The notes under the pieces are model-generated. The model ran no database searches and was not told the DNA's origin. It saw only the letters and a program-made list of their open reading frames with translations. A stretch of 63,936 bases of DNA, counting the filler, from Olpidium bornovanus S191 (Eukaryota > Fungi > Olpidiomycota): the NCBI GenBank assembly GCA_017911155.1. It is 25 parts of 25 records of this genome, joined end to end, with 100 filler letters (N's around TTAATTAATTAA, not from the genome) between each part and the next. Parts side by side here need not be neighbours in the genome. Positions count along the whole stretch, not along the records: positions 54,858 to 56,541 come from JAEFCI010003561.1; positions 56,642 to 58,674 come from JAEFCI010003718.1; positions 58,775 to 60,635 come from JAEFCI010002365.1; positions 60,736 to 62,673 come from JAEFCI010001327.1; positions 62,774 to 63,936 come from JAEFCI010002288.1; 20 more parts are not named here. One strand, 5' to 3'. Positions 54,758-63,936 of the stretch are shown here, one piece after another. A program made the position numbers and the translations under genes. Every line of letters starts with the position of its first letter. Within the stretch, counting starts at the first letter, position 1.

Positions 54758-55280
54758 NNNNNNNNNNNNNNNNNNNNNNNNNNNNNNNNNNNNNNNNNNN
54801 NTTAATTAATTAANNNNNNNNNNNNNNNNNNNNNNNNNNNNNNNNNNNNNNNNNNNNCGGCGCCAAAGACAAGAGTCGACACAGCGTTCAGAGCGTGACA
54901 GTCGTGCCTGGCTCGCTGTGCAGCGGCAACAGCCGCCATTGCCCGATTGACATCTGGCGACCTAGCAACTCGTCGGGGCCCGGCCGAGCGCCCGCAAAAC
55001 AGCGCGCGCGGCAGCCGCACGGCAAACGGGGACGTCGGCAGCGGAAGGCAGAGGCGTCCGGCGCCGGCGTTCGGCGGGAAGGGACGCCCAGACGGATGGG
55101 AATGAGGCGGGGGTTGAGGGGCGGGGAAGGTCCGCCTGCGTTCCTCACCATGGCGGGTTCGTTTTACCGGTTCGGGGGGAAAGGGAAGGGGGTGGGGGGC
55201 TGACGGGAGGTGCGCGCGGGATTTTTTTTTTTTTTTTTTTTTTTCCGGGGGGGGGGGGGTTGGGCGGGGGGGGGGGGAGG

Positions 55281-55313
<33 letters not shown>

Positions 55314-58300
55314 GGGGGTTTTTTTTTTTTTTTTTTTTTTTCCGGTGGGAGGGGGTTTAAGGGCGAGGGGGGCCGCAGAGTCCGCAAATTGCGGCCCGAA
55401 AACGCAGAAAGAAAACAGCGGCCCGCATTTCCGCCCGCGCCCGCCGCCCGCTCTTCCTTTCCGCCACGCACCCGCGCACGCGCGTGCCAAGGTGCCGGGC
55501 AGCGCAGAGCGGGCTCAAGGGGACGCGCAGAACTCGGCATCGGCAGCTGCCGAAATTTGCTGCCGCATCGCGACAGCGCGGCTAAGGGGCCTGCTGTGCT
55601 CAACCGTCCCGGGAGCAGGCTTTGAGAGAGGTCCTGACCTCACCGACGGTGCGTACGCACTTGGACAGGAGAAAACGTGCACAGTGGTGCGCGCCGATGC
55701 GTTAAATTACGATGGGCAAGTGCCGCACCAGCGAAGGTATAAATTCGCGAATAGAGCCTGGCTCTTCCGGCGTCGTCCTTGGCCACGAGGGCTGCTCGAA
55801 ACAGCAATCTCCGTTGCTTTACTCGCTTGGGCTCGTAACTTACTTAAAAGGGCTTACGAGAGTGTTGTACTATGCCGCTGGAAGTATGGGTTATCGGTAG
55901 TATTGGAATTACGACGCGTAGTTCCGGTTTTACGCATTACGTGCGGAGCACATGAGCGCGCCACAGAGCCCCTCCCACATCGGCTCTTAACAGATTCAAT
56001 ACATAGCGCTCACCCACCAAATCCCAAACCACGTTTGATTCTGAGATGTCGAACTCGGTTAACCACTTTGGATTTGCTCCACAGAAGTAGTCTTTCCCGA
56101 TGTTTCTCGCTACATCACATTGCCGTCATGCTGCCCTCCAGCCGGTCAAACCGTGTTTAGGGTCCCTGCGGCAGAAGTTCGGGTCAGCGGCCGCGGACCG
56201 CACTGCGTCATCCGCCACTTCAGTATGAACGTGCCAAACAAAACAGGGAACTCCACCACTTGCAAGGATAAACAAAAGCGATTCTCAGTCAGTAAAGCCG
56301 TGACCGAAAAGAAAAAAATTGTTTGTGAAACAAAAGGATGTTTTTGTGTCGCTGCATCGCCACAGTTTGTGCCGATGAAGAAACCGAGCAAAGACAGTCT
56401 TTGGATACAATGCCCTTTTGCCTTTTTTTCCGAAAGCAAATGTCATTCTCAATCCGCCGTTCCCCCAAACCGCCCGTGCTCAAAAGAAAACGTTGATGCA
56501 GATGTGGTGGCAGACATTTTTTTATTTTTTTTCCCCCATGANNNNNNNNNNNNNNNNNNNNNNNNNNNNNNNNNNNNNNNNNNNNTTAATTAATTAANNN
56601 NNNNNNNNNNNNNNNNNNNNNNNNNNNNNNNNNNNNNNNNNGCATGAATTAGGCGGCCCGGTTGCAGTTTGCCGGGCACGTGATATGCAAACGCACGGGA
56701 GGTGCATAACATACGTAGTCTGTGGTCGTCTCAACGATAGTCGACGACCAACCGTTAAACCCGAACACCTCGTTTGCCAGTTGAATGGCTTTGCTGCCCT
56801 CTAAGTACAGCACTCGGCCTTCGGTTCGTTAGGTATCGACAGAGATGTATTTTTAGAAAAAAGTCGGAACAGTAAGCTCTCCGCGATGCGATCCTCGGTA
56901 TAGCCACGGCCTTGCCTCCGCGCGAGGGCGCGCCTCTACCGCGGAGTACGAATACGGGGAATAGTCTACCAATCCTCTCGCAACCAGCACCGCCAAATCG
57001 CGGAGGCCGCTCATCCTGAGGAACCTCGGCGTACGCGCGTTCCGAGGCGCAGAGGGCGCCCCAAAACGCCAACTTGCCTTCCTGTCGGAGCCCTCCCACG
57101 CGCGTCGCCCGACACCGCGATTACTCACTGCCTCCGGGTCCGGACCGCGAGGATACGTACTCCGGGCCCAGCTTTCGCGCCGCGCGCGAGGCGGTCTCCC
57201 GCAGCTCTTGGGGGCCGTACTCCCTCGTCCCGAACGTCTGCCCGGCAAGCGGCGGGCGGTTGTTGTGCCTGATCGTGGTCGGGCAGGCGCTCGAACTGGG
57301 CGAATCCGCCGGGGCGGCGTTCCAGCCGCCGCCGGCCGCCCTCTCCGCGGCGGGAGTGTGCGCCAGCGCCTGCGGCGGCGGCTCCGGACAGGCGGCGGCG
57401 GCGGCGGCGATAGCGTGCGGCAGCGGTCGGGCCGCGAACGAGGGAGGGGCGCGGCAGTTCTGCGCCATGGAGGGGGTTTCCGATCTGGAGCGCGTTTCCC
57501 ACCCCAGCCGCGCCCCCGAGATTGAAATTGTTTGGGTGCGGGGAACCAACTCCACCCCCAGCGCCTCCCGGGTTGACTTTTGGGAGAGCCGGAGGAACGA
57601 GATCCAGCAGAGCCCGCAGCGAGCCCGCGAGAAGGAGAGCGGAAAGGAAGATTTTCCGTTCGGGGGCGTAACGAAACGCTGCCTGCCAATGTCTGTTGTG
57701 GCAAAGGCGGGGTCGATTGTTGACGAACGACCGGCATGTCAACGCAAGTTGGGCACATGCCCACCAGCTCGCTGCATATTTTATGCGTTTTTTTTTTTTT
57801 TTTTTTTTTTTTTGGCCACGAGGAACACACGCACGTCACGCACCGCAGGCGCGCACTCTCTCCTCCTCCGCTGCGGGACCACACGCCCCCCCCCCCCGCC
57901 AGCCTGGCCCCCAGCCTTTTTTCAGGGACACACCCCATTTCCCCCACGCCGCAAATAACCCGTGTTGCCCACTTCGCTCCCTCACACGAAATAAGGCCAG
58001 AAAGGAGCCGCGTAGTCAACCACGCTCTCTGGAATTTACGTTGACTCTTTCACAAGCACTTGGGTTACGCCTCGCAGAACTGTCGGCCGGTGCCATTTTA
58101 CGCTCACGTGATTCTCACGGGCATCGGTGAGCTTTGCACGGGGATCTTGCGCTGGAGCCAAGGCCTGCTCTTGCGATAAAGAGACCAACTGATTGTGCAG
58201 GATGTGTTGCTGATGAGGTGGCAGTTGATCATGACCTTCTCTGAACGCCGGCAGATAGCTCACAGCAGTCAGCGCTGGCCGGAGATCGAGGCTTATTGAG

Positions 58301-58492
58301 CTACCAGTGCACAAAAGAATAGGCGACATCGAATTGGAGAATTGCCCTTCTGTTGCGAAAATTCTGCGAACACAAGGAGAGCATGTCTGGCCCATAATGC
58401 TTGTAACGACGCGTGTACACGACATTGCAGTGCCTTTGTCGTGCGGTGCTTACCTTGACTCCTCGTGCATCAACTTCAGTGCGTGACTTGAG

Positions 58493-58674
58493 ATGCTGCG
58501 GCAAGTGTCTGCCCGGGATCTCGTTGTGCTGCGTGTTCGCGCAAATTCAGTTGCATGGGACGACTTGAAGAAAGCGCTTTTCAAGAATTACTACCCACGA
58601 GAACACCAACAAAGTACAATGAAGACGCTGGTCAACCTGTCCCAAGGGAAGTGCGGGGAAGACCTGGAGGGGTA
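58493..58674 (+). mobile_element. Ty3/gypsy gag remnant
   Basis: WDDLKKALFKNYYPREHQQSTMKTLVNLSQG (retrotransposon gag motif). Confidence 0.7.
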
Positions 58675-58774
58675 NNNNNNNNNNNNNNNNNNNNNNNNNN
58701 NNNNNNNNNNNNNNNNNNTTAATTAATTAANNNNNNNNNNNNNNNNNNNNNNNNNNNNNNNNNNNNNNNNNNNN

Positions 58775-60635
58775 ACCATTCTTGTAAACGGGATCAGCGG
58801 AGAGCGCTTCCTTGCAACTATCGATCAGGATTTGGCCAAGGGACCTCGTCCGCACGTGGTTTTCCCCATCGCAGTTCTCGAGGTAGTACTCCATGAACGA
58901 GATCAGCGATTCCGCGTCGTCGACCCGATTCATGAGATGAATGCACTGGTTCATCAGCTCATGGTCGACTTTGGTGATTTTACCGAAGATCATGTCGTAG
59001 TACAGCTGAAGAGCGTCTTGGCGAGCCCACTGTCCGATGTGCAAATGCGGGAGGATTCCCCGTTAGTCCCAAATTGCCGGTGCGGGACAACGAGAAAAGG
59101 CGGCTCATTCGTCAGAAATGCTCACATTCCAGTAAGAATCAAAGGTCCGCGCCTTCTGCAAGGTGAACTGAGGGCGAATTCCCTCGCCGTACTTGTCGCC
59201 ATGTTCCTTCAACCACTCGTCGAGATCTTCCTGTAGAGCCGTCGCTGCGTCTTTCTCAAGCGACACGCGGCCGTTTCCGATCAAATCGACGCCCAAGTAC
59301 CGAGCTGAAGACTCCAGCTGTTCGCGGACCATGGTGTCGAGCCGAAGCTTGTGCTTGTCGAACTCTTCGCTGTTGATCGCGACGACCGCAAAAGATGTCC
59401 CCCCGGCTTGCCCTTCCGCGGCGGACGCACCGAGAGCAATCCCGACGGAAACTGCGTACGACTTGGCGACGGCGTCCAACCAGGTCTTGGCTTCGCCCTC
59501 GCTGGCGAGCCGCGAAGCCGGCTCCTGGACGAGACCGTGAAGAAGAGCACCTGACGCGCGCTGGGGACCCAGGCCGTACGTCGAACTCAGGTAGGCCTTC
59601 ACCTGGCCCATACCGAAGCCGGCGGGCATCTTGCTGCTAATCATCTTGTTGACGTGGCCGTTGCTGATCTTCCCCAGCGAACCGGAGTGGGATTCCTGAA
59701 GCGCTCCCGCAATGTCGCTAAGAGGAAGTTCCTCCGCCTTGTCGTTCAACACATTGCCGAACTCCGCGGCGAGGTCGCCGAGGATCTCGTTCTGCAGCGT
59801 GGACTTCCCTCCGACAAGGTCTTTGATGCTCTTGCTCGGCGCAATCTCAGACAGGGGCTTCTTGAGCTTGTGCGCGACGAGGACAAACAGAATATCCTTC
59901 GCTCGCACGGGTTCGTCGCTGAAAAAAAAACGATGGCCAACATTTTGTTCAGAAAAACGCACCAATTTAGAAACCTTGTGGGGAAAACACACATACGTTA
60001 CGGACGTCGCCGCCGGACGCGGAGGCGCGGCGGCGGTAACCGCCGTCGCAGGAGCGGGCGCAGGAGCCGACGCGGCCGCCGCCGATTGCGGAGCAGCAGT
60101 GTCCGCCGGAGCTTCTGCCGATTCCGCCGGAGCGTCTTCGAAACCGTAGTATATCTCACGCTTGTGCTTGGTGGTCACCAGTTGGACGCGCCGGTGTGTG
60201 AGGGCGTCGTCAAAGGCCTCGTATTTGACCTTCAGCGTGCGCGCGGCCATGGTGCACAGGACCGGGCTCGGTCCGACTTCGATGAGGCGTTCCACCCTGA
60301 AGTCGCGGAAAAGCACGTCCTGCGTTTCAATCCAGCGGACCGGGCTCGCAAACTGGTGCGCGAGGAGCTCGATGAGGATGAGGTAGCCGAGCTCCTGCTG
60401 TCCCGCGGCGGTGGAGAACGCCTCGTCGTCCCAGCTGCGGAGGATCTGGTTGAGCTGCTCCGCGTGAGTCAGGTCGTACACGAGCTGGGCGTACTCCTTG
60501 GAGACGTCAAACGGGATCGCGGTCAGGTTCGGAATGTACTTCCCGATCAGGAGCCTGACGTTGATGTACTTGGGGTCCAGCTTAGCGCAAAGCATTTGGC
60601 GGAAGGGGACGACTCCATTCAGCAAAAAGCTGGAG
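58775..60635 (-). CDS. Fungal type I fatty acid synthase, single-chain (MPT-ACP region); internal fragment
   Basis: LIGKYIPNLTAIPF...ELLAHQFASPVRWIETQD...EVGPSPVL in one frame; ACP DLVGGKSTLQNEILGDL; one intron near 59995-59920. Confidence 0.95.
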
Positions 60636-60735
60636 NNNNNNNNNNNNNNNNNNNNNNNNNNNNNNNNNNNNNNNNNNNNTTAATTAATTAANNNNNNNNN
60701 NNNNNNNNNNNNNNNNNNNNNNNNNNNNNNNNNNN

Positions 60736-61221
60736 ACGTACCCCGAAGCGCTCTGCCCCTCCGATTCCGAAGGCGAAGGCGCCGGACCTTTGCCGAGCAA
60801 CTGGTCGTCGGATTCGGCATCATCGAACTCACCGCGGTTGACGCCGGCGGACATGGACCTGCGTTGGTTCAACGCTCCACGTACCGCATACCTACAGCAA
60901 CCGCGGCGCATGCAAACCGGAGACGAGGAGGTGTCGATATACCAGCTGATGGTTCCGGCCACAGCAGACTTCGAAGCGAGCGACAGCGGCACCGGCACCT
61001 GCTCCAGCGGCGGCAACGAGGACCCGGACAGCGGCAGTACCGGGAGCGAACTGGAGGACGGTGCCGGATACGTGTCGGCGGAAGGTGCGTCTGACGACGA
61101 CGACAACGAGGCGGACGCTGATTACGCTTACGAGTCATTCGGGAACGCCGCCGAGGGCGCCGGCGACGCAGAAGAGTGGGAGTTTGAGGATGAGGACATC
61201 CGCAAAGTGCTGGACATCTAA
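60736..61221 (+). CDS. Hypothetical acidic, low-complexity ORF (5'-truncated)
   Basis: Asp/Glu/Ser-rich open frame ending EEWEFEDEDIRKVLDI*; no recognised domain. Confidence 0.35.
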   Translation, partial: TYPEALCPSDSEGEGAGPLPSNWSSDSASSNSPRLTPADMDLRWFNAPRTAYLQQPRRMQTGDEEVSIYQLMVPATADFEASDSGTGTCSSGGNEDPDSGSTGSELEDGAGYVSAEGASDDDDNEADADYAYESFGNAAEGAGDAEEWEFEDEDIRKVLDI

Positions 61222-61560
61222 CCCCGTTCCCCCGCAAAATCTGCCTTTTGCGGGGACGTCGGAGGTTATGCCACATTCATTTGCTTTCCGTCTGCTACCG
61301 GCTGCTCCGTGGAAGGTGGAACCCAACCGACCTCCCTTCACCCCCCGCCCGGGCGGGGTTATTGCGCGCCCGAAAAGATTCGACCGGCACTCCGCGGTTA
61401 TCGTGCCCGACGGGATGTCCCGAGACCGGCGTCGGATACATTTTCAGCTCTGCAGGAAACCCCGGGTTTTGCGCGTCCTCGGGAAACCAGAGAAGTCGCT
61501 TCTGCCAAGGATATCGCAGGAGACCGCGCTGCCGGAGACGTCTAGACGTATTTCACCCCC

Positions 61561-61599
<39 letters not shown>

Positions 61600-61620
61600 C
61601 CCCCCCCCCCCCCCCCCCCG

Positions 61621-61652
<32 letters not shown>

Positions 61653-61653
61653 A

Positions 61654-62673
61654 ATGGCGCCTTCTGCCGTCACCGCCGCCGTCGCGGCTGTCCGCGGGTA
61701 CTGGCACGTCCCCGAAGCATGGCAGTCCGACAACACGCGCCGAGGTCTGCGTGTCAAACTTGAGGTGCGGACAGAGGCGGGGGCGACCACGCGCCGCGTC
61801 ATACAAAGCGGAAGCCTGGAGGACCGAAGGCGGCCCTCCCGGGGTGCGTGTGGGCGCGGGTCTCTGACGGTTGGCCACCGGAGCAGAGGTCCCAAGCCCA
61901 CAGCACTATCCGGGGGCCGCTGGGCGTCCTTCTTGCGGAGGCTTCTTGTGGGCGCGGCCGTGTGCGCGAGGCAGATGGAGTGGATGCTTGGAGGACCGAA
62001 GGCGGTTCTCCCGGGGTGCGTGCGGGCGCGGGTCTCTGACGGTTGGCCACCGGAGCAGAGGTCCCAAGCCCACAGCACTATCCGGGGGCCGCTGGGCGTC
62101 CTTCTTGCGGAGGCTTCTTGTTGGCGCGACCGTGTGTGCGAGGCAGGTGGAGTGGATGCTCGGGGGACCGAAGGCGGCTCTCCCGGGGTGCGTGCGGGCG
62201 CGGGTCTCTGACGGTTGGCCACCGGAGCAGAGGTCCCAAGCCCGCAGCACTATCCGGGGGCCGCTGAACGTCCTTCTTGCCGAAGCTTCCGCCCGCGGCC
62301 TTTTTGGGTCTTTTTTATCTGCGGGGTCTCGGACGACCATGCCTGACGTGTTTCCCGATTTTCGCCTTTCCGTGCCCCGGGGCAGATCTTGGTCAACCTT
62401 CTTGCCAAGGTGACGGTGCCGGGGGCGTTGGAGGTGTTGCTTGCCGACAGGGAGGGCATGCAGAAATGGTGCCAACGCGCGTTATCCTGGCCTGGGGAGG
62501 CGCACGTGTGGGACCGGCTCGGGGCCCTCCTCGGAGGTCGGGAGCTCCGATACCCTCGTGTGCGAGAAGCTTGGGGACGTCGGGCCAAGCCTGGGCGCCC
62601 GCGGGCCATGGCGCGTCGTCAGGGAGCCCCGGTCTGCCTCATTCTCCCGCACCGACCAGAGCTGCGCTCGCAG
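61654..62673 (+). CDS. TET/JBP-like family paralogue 3 (N-terminal part, truncated)
   Basis: Exon 1 61654-61764 is 26/37 aa identical to paralogue 1. Exon 2 from 62386: ILVNLLAKVTVPGALEVLLADREG...AWGRRAKPGRP. Confidence 0.75.
61818..62290. repeat. 172-bp tandem repeat (about 2.75 copies) in intron 1 of paralogue 3
   Basis: Units start at 61818, 61990 and 62162. Confidence 0.95.
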
Positions 62674-62944
62674 NNNNNNNNNNNNNNNNNNNNNNNNNNN
62701 NNNNNNNNNNNNNNNNNTTAATTAATTAANNNNNNNNNNNNNNNNNNNNNNNNNNNNNNNNNNNNNNNNNNNNCCTCCCCCCCCCCTTCGCCCCCCCGCT
62801 CCGCCGTAATCCTCCTCTTTCTCTTCCACCTCCTCCTCCTGGGGTTCTGACGACTCGAGACGCCCAACGTTTTTTCTTTTTGCCCCTTCCTCCCCCCCCC
62901 TCTCCCCGCCATCGCTTTCAATTTTTTTTGTTCAAAAAAAAAAG

Positions 62945-63935
<991 letters not shown>

Positions 63936-63936
63936 C

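Noticed and set aside
54858-58040. Exon-like fragments on two contigs
   Set aside because: Probably genic, but no family could be supported.

Overview
This is not one continuous locus. It is a concatenation of 25 short contigs (about 1-7 kb) joined by 24 artificial 100-bp linkers (44 N + TTAATTAATTAA + 44 N), so adjacency across linkers means nothing. The DNA is a GC-rich, intron-rich fungal genome. Flagellar genes (RSPH10B-like, UPF0193/EVG1-like), chitin-binding proteins, a single-chain FAS and a Crinkler-like relic point to a zoosporic fungus; an Olpidium-like root parasite is my inference only. Recognisable host genes: a mitochondrial carrier, RPT1, an EI24-like protein, RPO31, a CBM18-chitin deacetylase, a SAM-domain protein, an APC permease, HAC1, BPL1, an O-fucosyltransferase, histone H3, uL4m, FAS and a CaM kinase. 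Mobile DNA: two Ty1/copia fragments, a gypsy gag, chromodomains and a Tc1/mariner-type transposase end. Main signals: (1) a multi-copy family (3 paralogues on 3 contigs, same intron position) whose complete copy ends in a TET/JBP-like 2OG-Fe(II) dioxygenase domain, tail-to-tail with a chromodomain ORF; (2) a HAC1 gene with two IRE1-type stem-loops defining a 440-nt non-spliceosomal intron whose removal joins the bZIP frame to an acidic C-terminal frame; (3) a copia element that resembles the plant Bianca lineage.
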